A stretch of DNA of 64,000 bases from Octopus sinensis (Eukaryota), in contig NC_042998.1 of the NCBI RefSeq assembly GCF_006345805.1, positions 130,014,001 through 130,078,000 of the forward strand, read 5' to 3'. A program made the position numbers and the translations under genes. The notes under the pieces were generated by a model. That model did not search any database. It had not been told where the DNA came from and saw only the letters and a list, made by a program, of their open reading frames with translations. Below are positions 1-11,680 of the stretch, in pieces; the first letter of the stretch is position 1; the number at the start of each line of letters is the position of its first letter.

Positions 1-589
1 TCGAAGGAACGTCTTCGTTATGACAACGGCACCGACTAACGCCATTGTAATTCTTTGCCGCAACTGTACTGCGATGTTTGAAGTTAAAATGTCATGTCAT
101 TCCCCTTTTACCTGAAATGTCAGTTAAATGTATGATACAGAAATGAAACAACTATAAGAAATGAAGAGAAATGAATAATTAAAAACAAATGTCAATAATA
201 ACACCATAAAATACGAAAAACCGAAAAAAAAAAGCACAATGAAAATCAGAGAATATAACATAAAAATAATATAAATAACAAAATAACTGCAGAGAAAATG
301 AAATGAGAGCAATGAGGTTTTTGCTTTGAAGGTTATTTAAGAAGTGGGAGATAAAAAATTTCTTCAATTTGTTGTAATTGAATTTAAACATCAAACGCTA
401 CCATTTACTTGTTAATCGTGTTTCATGAGTCACCAATATGTTCCAGCGTAATATCACTTTTTAAAAGCTAATATTACATTCCGCTTTTAGAGTTGTCAAT
501 ATAAGAGGCAGTGTCCATTGATACATATATGTGTACATGCGTAACAGCATATGTATTGTTCTACATTCAGATGATGGTGTTTATCTTTT

Positions 590-790
590 TGTCTTTTACT
601 TGATTTAGCCATTACACTGCAGCTATGCTGGTCAACGACTTGAAATAAATTAGTCGAAGGAATTGACATCAGTACTTATTTTTGAAGCCTGGCCATCATC
701 GGTTACTCTCTGAACATCTGCAAACGGACAGGGGCATAAGCACACGAACGTAGATATTCAAACTGTGGTTGGGAGTTAAAACATAAAGAG
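590..790 (-). mobile_element. Degenerate SINE body (family also at 6960-7090, 20315-20476, 44120-44330)
   Basis: Diverged match to the cttttacttg...actgc...atgctgg...agtcga...acttatt...aagcct...aaacacacc sequence repeated elsewhere in the window. Confidence 0.5.
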
Positions 791-974
791 AGCGAGAAAG
801 ACCCATCCACAGATATATATAAAAACACACACACACACACAAAATAAGACTAAAGCTGTCGCTGATTAGCTCCAAGAAGCCATCGCCTCTAGCTAGCTAT
901 ATGACACACGAACCTGCGTCCATTACAACCTTCGAACAGGGGAAGTCAGCCCCTTCACCTTGCTAGTCAGACAT

Positions 975-1015
975 CTGCAGACATGTTTCAGGGTTGTTGC
1001 CCTTTATCAATGCAG
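975..1015 (-). ncRNA. Minimal type I hammerhead ribozyme motif, U3-A8 core variant
   Basis: Minus strand reads cugca-UUGAUAA-AGGG caacaa CCCU-GAAAC AU GUC-ugcag: 5-bp stem I, perfect 4-bp stem II, palindromic ACAUGU stem III, GUC cleavage triplet. Confidence 0.75.
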
Positions 1016-1293
1016 CGTAGTCAGAACCAGCAGGTGTCGCTACTGACCGTCTGTTCGAAGATTTTATTTATCTAGTTACAGTGGAATACATCCACTTGTT
1101 TTCAATAATAGAAATATTAAAATTACTAAGTCCCTGTAAAGGAGATAACGGCAGCGTTACTGGATATTAATAGTTATCGCCATACTAATATGGCAGTCTA
1201 TAACTATAAGACTAAAGCTGTCGCTGATTAGCTCCAAGAGGCCATCGCCTCTAGCTAGCTATATGACACACAAACCTGCTGGTTCTGACTACG

Positions 1294-1334
1294 CTGCATT
1301 GATAAAGGGCAACAACCCGGAAACATGTCTGCAG
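1294..1334 (+). ncRNA. Second copy of the U3-A8 hammerhead motif
   Basis: ctgca TTGATAA AGGG caacaa CCCG GAAAC AT GTC tgcag; one mismatch at the base of stem II. Confidence 0.7.
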
Positions 1335-1500
1335 ATGTCTGACTAGCAAGGTGAAGTGGCTGACCTCCCCTGTTCGAAGGTTGTAATGGACGCAGGTTCG
1401 TGTGTCATATAGCTAGCTAGAGGCGATGGCTACTTGGAGCTAATCAGCGACAGCTTTAGTCTTATATTTATAGACTGCCATATTAGTATGGCGATAACTA

Positions 1501-1538
<38 letters not shown>

Positions 1539-1554
1539 TTTATTTTATAGAAGG

Positions 1555-1605
1555 AGCTTCTACAGGACTAGAACTGTTTCATTCAAAAGAAATCATCAGG
1601 AAGCT
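1555..1605 (-). ncRNA. Type I hammerhead ribozyme motif
   Basis: Minus strand: agcuuc-CUGAUGA-uuuc uuuu gaau-GAAA CAG uucuaguc CUG UA-gaagcu. Canonical core, 6-bp stem I, extended stem III, GUA triplet; U-U mismatch at the base of stem II. Confidence 0.8.
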
Positions 1606-1651
1606 CCTGATGATTTCTTTTGAATGAAACAGTTCTAGTCCTGTAGAAGCT
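1602..1651 (+). ncRNA. Mirror copy of the hammerhead motif (stem I with one bulge)
   Basis: agctc CTGATGA tttcttttgaat GAAA CAG ttctagtc CTG TA gaagct. Confidence 0.7.
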
Positions 1652-1736
1652 CCTTCTATAAAATAAATTAATTTACTCTGCTATGTATTGAGTACCTTAT
1701 TTACTGTGGTTAACCCCGACTCAACCCGGGACCTAC

Positions 1737-1768
<32 letters not shown>

Positions 1769-1929
1769 TACATGAGGGGGTGATACACACACAGAGATAC
1801 ACCACACACACACATACACTGTCTCTCCCTCTTTCTCTCTCTCATATATATCATAATATTACATCCTTTAAAATGTATTAAATATATATAAATTGTGTGC
1901 AGTTTACTTCTTTTGTTATATATTTTTTT

Positions 1930-4892
1930 TCACTACAACTCACTGCGTGAGGAAAATTTCTTCAACGAAATTCCTTTTTACTGCACGTGAAACTGAAAAT
2001 GATGTCGAAGTAAATCACAAACACACTGGATAAAATCACCAACAAGGACATACTGAAAGAATTAAAAGAAATTAGCTCAAGTCTAGCCATACTAATTAAC
2101 AAAATCGATAAATTACAATTGATGTAGCCGAGAAACAACTGAAAATGAACAGTGAAGGCAAGTTACAGAGAAGATTAGTCAAAATTTAAACCAACTATGC
2201 ACAATCTTACACCTAATTTTTGCAAACAGTTTTGAAAAAGAAAAATCCTCAAATTACCAAGCATACAATGAAAATATACCAATCAGCACATCTAATTTAA
2301 ATCCGCATTAACCGTATTTGGACCAAAAATCTAAACGCTAGGAAATTTACATTTTCGAGCATCATTGAAAATAATAATAAGGCAGAAATACACGAACTAT
2401 GGATGAACTCAACACCGTTAATTCTTCCACGCAAACTACAAATCAAACCAATCCCCGAAGAGCCCGAACAGCAAAGATAACTTAGGGAGAAATTAACGGC
2501 AGAAAAAATGAAATCAGAAATTGAGATACTTAAACCACGCGCATCGACCAACGAACAGAAATATAAATCCATTGATGAAGACATGCGTATCGAATTCACT
2601 AAGCGTGCTGACGAACAGCTCTTGGAAAGTGTTCTCAAAGTATGAAAAGAAAGGTCTATATTTGAAGAAATAAATTCTCTTCAACGGTAGGGAAAAAAAT
2701 ACTAATTTTCTTTCAGTTATGAAACTCAGTTCAAAAGAGAGTACAGTTCAGATAAATAATCTAGAATGAAAACATAGAAATGAATAAACAACCGATTAGA
2801 TCAAACTATACACATCCATAGAGAAAAAAAAACGCCAGCACATAAAACTTGGAAATAAACCGTTTTCAAACTAGGAATAGGGACACCTCACAAATAAGAA
2901 ATACTAGAAGAAACCATCCCAGAGTTAGGAATATTAATTTTTCTCCACGAATTAGAAACGTCCAGTGGACTACATTTAAACCTCAACGAAGAAACTCGAA
3001 CCACGTAATCCCAACAAATTTACCCAGACAGCAAACCCAGCCTCCCAACAATTCAAATATAATTAATAACACTAAAAATCTATATCAACGTAATTACAGC
3101 AAACGGCTTTTTTTAGATCCAGTGCAGAGAAACAGTTTCACACGTTGCAACAAAACATACAGGAGAAACCCAGTGTAATGAATTTATCTAAGAAATCTCC
3201 CTCAGCAACAAAAATCTACATACTTCCAAAAGGATTACATTTTATTTAACCCCACGCAGGACGAATCAGAATGAAATTAAAGGTAATACTACGGAATTTT
3301 GCAGAAAACTACGATGTAGAGAAGCTTTAAATGACTACAACAACGAGGTTGAATGACTGGTCAATTATCTTCCACGTAAAGGCAGGAATAAAATACTAGA
3401 TGACTTCTGCGACCATATCCTGAATTTCCCCGAATACTTTGCACAAGCGAATACAAACCTCAACAATATAGAATGAAAAAGAAAATCTAATTGAGCTGAA
3501 AAACAACAAAAAATCTGACAATCCAAGAAGCCGACAGAGGAAGTGCTATAGTCCTCGTGGACATAGAATACTACAAGCACCAAGTACTTTCCATGTTAGA
3601 AAACAATACCTTGTACGAAAAAGTTGAAAAGTATAAACAACAAAAAACAATGAAATATCTTTCATCCTTAAATTATCTACAAGGAAAGGGTCTGAGAGAA
3701 AAAGAAATAGATTATATCACTAATTTTAAATGTAAACCTAATCTTTTCTACGGCGTACCTAAAGTACACAAGAGCCAGATAATTAATGAAGTCTGGAAGT
3801 AATCACCAGGCATATACTTCACTATCCAAGCGCTAGAAGATTATAGATGGGCCAGCGTGTGAAACCCACCATCTAAGCAAGTTTCTAGATATCATACTAA
3901 AATCTATTTTGAAATACATCAAACGTTAAATTAGAATCGATCTAGATATGCTAAACCACTTATCAAAAACAATTAGTGAAGCGACAATTATGGATTCCTT
4001 CGATGTTGGTAATTTAAAGTCCAATATCCTACACATCTATGGAATAGAAGCAATCAAATTGTGGCCGGAAAATTATCGCGAAGAACTTCCAGAACGCATG
4101 AACCAGGATTTGTATTAACTTTATTATTGAAACTCTAAAAGTTATCCTCCAGAACAATTACGTTTTATGTGATGACACGCACTACCGAAAAAAATGTGGA
4201 ATTGCGATAATAACGAAAGCAGCCTCAGTTCTTGCGAACCTAATAACGGGATATTTACAGTTAAACATATATGAAGTATCTCTACAAAAATATAGATACC
4301 CATTATATCATCATAAAAGAGAGAACTGGAAAAAATATATGGATAACTTTCTCATTTTTTGGAATGATACCATTGGTACATTTTCGAATTTAAATTATTA
4401 CTAAATAGTATAAATACAAATATTCAGTTTGTAATGGCGAACAGCAAAACACAACTCCCATTCCTAGATGTATTCATAAAAATAATGTCAACACCTAAAG
4501 AGAAATTGATATCTACCATAAACTAACGAAGTCGAAGGAATATATTCTGTTTAGTTCATGCCACTCGAAACATACCAAAACAAATATTCCTGTTAAATTA
4601 GCGAAAATGTCTGTTGCAAATACTCGGGACTTTCGACTTCAAACCTCAGAAAAACACTAGCCGAGAGACACTATCCACTCTCACTTATAGACGATGGAAT
4701 TAAGCGTGCCAAGAAAATAGGCATCAAAGCACTAAGCGAAACAAAACGGATTCCAACACCTCATCTCGAAATAATACCCTATATATCGACACACAACCCT
4801 GGAAACAATGAGGTATATAACACCTCTATTCCAAATCTACCAATGCTCACTAGGTATCCAAAGATGAATCACATTCTACAAACACAGAAAGT
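1930..4892 (+). pseudogene. Decayed Penelope-like retroelement reverse transcriptase ORF
   Basis: Frame-broken PLE RT motifs in order: IQEADRGSAIVLVD (about 3522), FYGVPKVHK, GPACETHHLSKFLDIILK, SFDVGNL, ASVLANL, WKKYMDN, LPFLDV, IYHK...FSSCHSKHTKTNIP, HYPLSLI, PYISTHNP. The 5' boundary is approximate. Confidence 0.85.
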
Positions 4893-5640
4893 CGTCATGA
4901 CCCTATATGTTGTGATCCTGAATTCGGCAGGGGACATATGGCCCGTGGTGCCAGCCTTGGATGAACCTTGACGCTAATGTTCAGGTCGTTTGGGCAATGC
5001 TGCTGGTATATTCTCCACATCTTGCAAATCATGTAACTCTCGCTGCGGCGCTAGAGAGAGTAGAATTTCAAGGTTTTAAGGCGGTCCCACTAATCGAGAT
5101 CAATCATGCCTTTAATTCGTCTAGTGAGTGCCCTATGGGGTGATTCGATTTTCGAGATGTTTTGTTTTGTATGCGGAGACCGCAGGGGGTAGCAGTATTC
5201 GAGGTGGGGCATACAAAGGTGGAGAATAGTGGAATCCAGCTGAGATTATTATTATCAACAATTACACCTAGGTCTCTTATATTATTAGATGCTGTGAGCG
5301 GTTCCCCTGAAGGAAGAGAGTATGGCTGTTTTAGTGTAGTCTTTCTTCCAAAATGCGATAGCTCAAATTTTCCTCGTTTAGTTGCAGTTTGTTTTTGTCT
5401 GCCCATTGACTCACCGCATATAGATCAGACTAGGGTTAAGTTCGATCTTCTTCATTGATGATATGCTGGAGCTTAGAGTCATCAGCAAATATTTTAACTT
5501 TGCAGTGATTTACGACGCTGGAAAGGTCGTTTATGTAGATTATAAAGAGGAGCAGGCCTAAGACAGTCTCCTGAGGGACACCACTGGTGATTTTTGCTGG
5601 GCTTGAGTGGACTCCATCAACCACAACATGTGTGGTCACC
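4893..5640 (-). mobile_element. CR1/L2-type LINE RT fragment interrupting the PLE
   Basis: ORFs with SGVPQETVLGLLLFIIYINDL, IFADDSKL and IRDLGVIVD..LSW; frameshifted. Confidence 0.8.
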
Positions 5641-5899
5641 CATAAAAAAATCTCAAAAGAAATAAAACAATCATTTACAAATCACTCAACGAGAAAACAA
5701 AAGTACATGAAACGATCACTCAAGAAAATGTGGGAAAATGTTTAAGGCTCTTGTGGGCCTTTAAAGACTACATAATGAGGGGAAACAGCTTTGCGACGAT
5801 CGAAGAGCGAGCCAAAAGAGCGAGCCAAGGACCTTTCCACAAGGTCCTTTCAACATGAAAATCTACTCATGATCCCTACATACCTTGGTCGTAGGGTCA

Positions 5900-6560
5900 T
5901 AAAAATAAAAATTAAAAATGTGCTCCCTGAAATTGAAATAAAATGACTCGTGTCTGCCATTTGCTATGATATCAAGGACGAAATTCATATATAGGAAATC
6001 GTTGTCCTGGACCAGTAAAACTGGATTGCCCAGGGAGTCGAAATTCTTGCCCAAATCGATCCAGCGAATTTTGAAAAAACTTCCCCACCGAATCTTATTT
6101 ATGGAGGATTCGAGCTTGCATGTAGCTATCGAAAGTAGAAAGCCACGTTGCTATGTTTGTGGTAGCAAAGCACACTTAAAAACTAACTGCGCACTAGCAC
6201 AGAAACAACAATAACAACAACGACAACAACAAGACCACAAAAAACAACGACCACAAGAAAACCAAAAAGCGAGCAAAAAACCAGAACTACTACCCACACC
6301 GCCATATGCACAACTAATTAAACAGATCTACAAACAAATGAAGGAACATCAGCAGGCAACAAGCCATTCAAACCAAGCAACATCACCTCCAGCGCCACCA
6401 AAAACAGAACCAACACCATCATCAGTAACTCCAAAGGAAGAAGAGGAAAACAAAAAGACTCATACCCCACCCTCAAAAACTCAAACACCAAATCCCAACT
6501 GTCACCAAGAATGTCTAAACAAGGAAAATTATGTTCGTTAAAAAGTACAGACCACACCTT
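5900..6560 (+). pseudogene. Gag/ORF1-like remnant with CCHC zinc knuckle and Pro/Thr/Lys-rich tail
   Basis: CYVCGSKAHLKTNC = CX2CX4HX4C in ORF 5966-6214, followed by low-complexity ORF 6338-6541. Confidence 0.5.
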
Positions 6561-6894
6561 GAAATACAACCTTGACCACTTCAAAAATTATACTTAGGAG
6601 TTAGTAGCCCTCTCCCCTTGCCACCTGTTGCCTCCCTTGACGCATACTTCTTTGTCAAGTTGAAAAGCTATTTTAGATAACGAAGACCGGTTGGATATCA
6701 CGACATACATAAAATATTTATGCATTAAAAAAATTTCTTTATAAAAAGATATTAATCTATGTGAAACGAAGGCATTTTCCACTTTTTAAAAGTGTTTCCC
6801 ACATATTTTCAACTCATAATTTTGCCACGTGGTGTATACTGAATCTCCAGTATTTTGGTCCTTTTGTACTTTTATATTTTTCTTATATACACAT

Positions 6895-6957
<63 letters not shown>

Positions 6958-7681
6958 CTATGTGTCTGTTCGTCCTACACCACGACTTGAGAACTGGGGT
7001 TGATGTGTTTACGTCCATAAAACTGAATCCTAGATGGTGCCCTAGTATGGCCGCAGTGTGATGACTAGATGTTAAAGAATGAAAGAATAATCTCTGTGTC
7101 TCCCTCCCTCTCTCTTTCTCTCTCTTTGTCTCTCTTTTTATCTCTCTGCCTCTCTCTCTCTCTATACATACATACATACATACATACATACATACATACA
7201 GAGACATATATAACACTTCTATGCCTATGGATAACAATATAGAAAGAAACAGAAATTAGGTTTTGCTATATAAAAGTACAGACAAAAGTGCATAGAATTG
7301 TTATAGATATTGTTATTGTTCATGTTAATATTTTCTGGGAAGATTAGCAATATTTTCTCCATAGACCAACAGTAAACATCTGTGTGACTGCACCACTTCC
7401 AAAGATTACTCTAGACTCTTATCAAATATAATGTCGTCGCAAACATATTTATATGTGTGTATGGTTTCGCGTGTTTGCGCCTGAACATGTCTGTGTGTCC
7501 CTCTGTGGCTCTGTGTGTAAGTGTAGATGTGCGTCTATATTGGTATGTATTATATTCCATATAAAACATACGTATACATACATACATACATACATACATA
7601 CACAAACACATGCGCAGTGTGTGAAGTCTGTGCGAGTGGGAGTATTAAATTTTCTATAATCGTATACGCAGAAATGCTCGA

Positions 7682-7722
<41 letters not shown>

Positions 7723-8159
7723 CGTTTGTATTGTGATATATGTAAGTTCAAAATATAGGTCACAAATATAAAGATAGTTTCTTTCAATAATGTTATAATA
7801 TTTAGGTTTAATACATACGTCACTTTATAAATTTATATCTGTGTATCTCTCCGAGTATAAATACATTCCAACACACACTCAAGCCCGCCCGCCCTCCCCC
7901 TCCTCACACACGTATATATATATACATACACACACACGCGCGCGCGAACACACATATATGTTTACATGAATATATATTGTTTATATGGGAATATAAAAAA
8001 TATCTGATATAGAAAAAAAAATATTTAAAAAAGTGTTTCCGCACTTTATTCAGTATAACTGTTCGAAGTAAAATTGTTATCGGCTTCAACACACGATTTC
8101 TAACCAAAATTGATGCTAGAGAATTTCAAAAGTGAAAAACATTGCCCCCATACATTCAT

Positions 8160-8254
8160 ACATAATCACATACATACATACAGACATATATGTATATATA
8201 TATATATATATATACTAGCAGTTACATACATAATTACATACATACATACAGACA

Positions 8255-8296
<42 letters not shown>

Positions 8297-8417
8297 CATA
8301 CATACTATATATATATATACATACATATATATATATATACATACATATATATATATATACATACATATATATATATACATACATATATATATACATACAT
8401 ATATATATTATACATAC

Positions 8418-8512
<95 letters not shown>

Positions 8513-8550
8513 ACATACATACATATATATATACATACATACATATATAT

Positions 8551-8597
<47 letters not shown>

Positions 8598-8664
8598 CAT
8601 ACATACATACATATAATATATATATATATTATATATATATACATACATACCATACATACATACA

Positions 8665-8744
<80 letters not shown>

Positions 8745-8756
8745 CATAAATATATA
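8160..8756. repeat. Compound (TA)n/(TACA)n microsatellite block (similar blocks at about 13390-14110, 37570-38050, 41760-42310, 58250-59210)
   Basis: Directly visible simple repeats. Confidence 0.95.
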
Positions 8757-9102
8757 CTAGAAGTTAAGCCCGGTTTCACCCGGTCTGTTTGGATGATGCG
8801 GGTGTGATCATTTTCGGTTAGGTATAATCTATAACATCGTTTCTCAACCTTATCATTTCGGATCCCCTGTTTCGATTGAAGCCTACAGCTGTATGAAAAT
8901 TTCTCCACTGTCAGAAAACAGCTTCAGATCAATTTTCTCGGTAAGTATGGGGGTCTAGGAAAAAATACAAACTGCATTCCAATCTATGCACCTGTCTTCA
9001 CATTTCTGCCATTTTCCACGCGAATCCACCTATCTGTTTGGCTGTGAAACTCAAGACAAGAAAGAATTACAACGCTCGCCCATGTCCAATTTATATTATA
9101 GA
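8757..9102 (-). mobile_element. Non-autonomous Helitron (about 346 bp)
   Basis: Minus strand begins A|TCTATAATATAAA and ends ...gaccgggtgaaaccgggc ttaactt CTAG|T: 5'-TC, GC-rich subterminal hairpin, 3'-CTAG, A-T target, no TSD. Confidence 0.75.
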
Positions 9103-9106
9103 TATA

Positions 9107-9139
<33 letters not shown>

Positions 9140-9445
9140 GCTAGCTATCGGGCGGCTTTTCAGCTAGCTCTTGTGAAGGGCTCTTCATTGTGCCTTGGGC
9201 CCAACAATGACAATTCATGCAATGATTACATATTACATTTTATTGATCAAGATTACAACTTGATCAAGATTTTTCAAGCAATGAGAAATTTTCATTAAAA
9301 CAATGATATAATTTGTCGACTTGGAACTTATTGCAAAGCTAAAGTGATAATCAACGTTCTTTGTCTTCCCAGTACAATTTTTTCTGTCTAACCTCCTTTT
9401 TTCCTTCTCTCTCTCTCTCTCTCTCTGTACATATATATATATATA

Positions 9446-9795
9446 TTACATACATGCATATACATACACACATATATATATTACATACATGCATATACAT
9501 ACACACATATATATATTACATACATGCATATACATACACACATATATATATTACATACATGCATATACATACACACATATATATATTACATACATGCATA
9601 TACATACACACATATATATATTACATACATGCATATACATACACACATATATATATTACATACATGCATATACATACACACATATATATATTACATACAT
9701 GCATATACATACACACATATATATATTACATACATGCATATACATACACACATATATATATTACATACATGCATATACATCCATACATATATATA
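9446..9795. repeat. 35-bp minisatellite, 10 copies (2 more at about 9936-10005)
   Basis: Unit ttacatacatgcatatacatacacacatatatata at 9446, 9481, 9516 ... 9761. Confidence 0.95.
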
Positions 9796-9886
9796 TATAT
9801 ATAATATATATATATATATGCTGACCATTGATAATTTTTTTTTCGGCAAAAAATGTTATCCTACATTAGTTGTATATATTATATAT

Positions 9887-9920
<34 letters not shown>

Positions 9921-9996
9921 ATATATATATATATATTACATACATGCATATACATACACACATATATATATTACATACATGCATATACATCCATAC

Positions 9997-10028
<32 letters not shown>

Positions 10029-10038
10029 ATATATATAT

Positions 10039-10078
<40 letters not shown>

Positions 10079-10084
10079 ATATAT

Positions 10085-10277
10085 GACCCGTCGCCATGAT
10101 AGATCGGTAGCCACTACACACATTTTTTCTTTCCTTTTTTCTTTCTGTGTTCTTTTTTGTGGAAGAGCGTAGGCTTGAAACGTAAAATACTTTTTCAATT
10201 CCTGAGCGTTATACTAATACATCTGTTTGTTTTATACACCACCTGTCTTCGTCTTTTGTTTTTTCGTGAATTCTCCC
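10085..10277 (+). mobile_element. Solo PLE pLTR-like segment in (TA)n with atypical hammerhead-like motif
   Basis: Similar to 60600-60798 (3' end of the PLE) and to the reverse complement of 59210-59303; contains tgtggaa-gagc gtag gctt-gaaacgta. Confidence 0.7.
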
Positions 10278-10504
10278 TATATATATATATATCACCTTGA
10301 AAAATTGTTAAGACACTAAAATATCTTCTGAACATGAAACCAAATAAAGAAATTATATCTAACAATGTGGTGTTGAGCACTCATTTTCATCGTTCGACAT
10401 TTATTTATATATTTCTCTCTCTCTCTCTCTGTACATATATATTATATATATATGCTGACCATTGATAATTTTTTTTTCGGGAAAAAATGTTATCCTACAT
10501 TAGT

Positions 10505-10554
<50 letters not shown>

Positions 10555-10588
10555 AATCAAATCGACCATTGGTCACTGATTGCAACAC

Positions 10589-10922
10589 GCAAAATAGTTG
10601 TAAAATCTCAAGAGAATATAGTGGTAACTATACTAACAGGTTATGTGGCTGTTTCATGTTACTACTAGTTTAATACCAGACAGACCTTCCATCAGATGAT
10701 TATCGGTTGTTGTCTAGGATGGCAGGATATCGCTCCCTCTGCTAGCAATATGTGTTGTATATTCATGATGCACCGTCGCACCAGTAACCAGCTGGCGGAG
10801 CATCTGCCTGGGGTGAAACTAGTCGTAACATTGAACAGCCACTGTGAGGTGGTGATTGACTTTACTTATTAATATAGTTACTACTCTGATCTATTCTTGA
10901 TATTTTACAACTAGCTATTTTG

Positions 10923-10923
<1 letters not shown>
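10589..10923. mobile_element. Old foldback/MITE-like element between (TA)n tracts
   Basis: Imperfect inverted arms over most of its length, e.g. gcaaaatag..ttgtaaaat / attttacaa..ctattttgc and gtggctgtttcatgttactactagttt / aaactagtcgtaacattgaacagccac. Confidence 0.6.
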
Positions 10924-10968
<45 letters not shown>

Positions 10969-10974
<6 letters not shown>

Positions 10975-11161
10975 TATTCATATCAATGCATATTTAAAAA
11001 AAAAAACTCTATATCACAATTTTTACCCAAAATACCGTCAGAACACGCATTTGATAGGCTAAACTTGTACAAATGAAATATATGACCGCCTTTAAAGTAT
11101 CATTAGTCTTTCGAAATTATACATACATGTATATAAGTTTGTGTGTGTGTGTGTGTAGGCA

Positions 11162-11209
<48 letters not shown>

Positions 11210-11404
11210 TGCCTACACACACACACACACAAACTTATATACATGTATGTATAATTTCGAAAGACTAATGATACTTTAAAGGCGGTCATATATTTCATTT
11301 GTACAAGTTTAGCCTATCAAATGCGTGTTCTGACGGTATTTTGGGTAAAAATTGTGATATAGAGTTTTTTTTTTTTAAATATGCATTTGATATGAATAGA
11401 CATA
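10969..11404. repeat. Near-perfect 436-bp palindrome centred on (TA)n
   Basis: Arms of about 195 bp differ only by two homopolymer indels; the ORF track gives the same peptide on both strands (11073-11279 +, 11092-11298 -). Confidence 0.95.
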
Positions 11405-11459
11405 GCTAGATAGATAAATAATAAGTTATGAGGTGTAGACGTATTGTGGTAATATAGGT

Positions 11460-11680
11460 TAGGGTAAAACCGGCACGCTGGCTAAATCGTTAGCATGCCG
11501 GGCAAAATTCTTTGCGGTATTTCGCACGACGTCCCGTTGTAAATTCAAATTTCACCGAGGTCAGTTTTGCCTTTCATCATTTCGGGGTCCATTAGATGAG
11601 TACCAGTTGAGTACTGATGCTATGTAATGAACTTTAATCCCATCTCCGAAAATTGTTGGCCTTGTGCCAACATTTGAAAC
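11460..11680 (+). mobile_element. Degenerate tRNA-derived SINE (Deu/Nin-type core)
   Basis: cgttagcatgccgggc...gcctttcatcatttcggggtc...gagtaccag core. Confidence 0.7.

Larger units (their letters stand above)
844..1507. mobile_element. Non-coding hammerhead-bearing element A (retrozyme/PLE pLTR-like), 362-nt monomer with fold-back inversion
   Basis: ataagactaaagctgtcgc... at 844 and 1206 (period 362). 1274-1507 is the reverse complement of 1035-844 continuing into 1205-1164. It ends in (TA)n and has two hammerhead motifs. Confidence 0.8.
1539..1737 (+). mobile_element. Hammerhead-bearing element B (pLTR/retrozyme-like) with 62-bp perfect fold-back, between (TA)n tracts
   Basis: 1539-1600 is the exact reverse complement of 1606-1667. 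The sense copy continues to ...cccgggacctac followed by (AT)n. Confidence 0.75.

Noticed and set aside
9446-9795. CRISPR-like 35-bp periodicity
   Set aside because: Units are contiguous with no spacers, there are no cas genes, and the context is eukaryotic.
11073-11298. Identical 68-aa protein encoded on both strands
   Set aside because: A direct consequence of the DNA palindrome.
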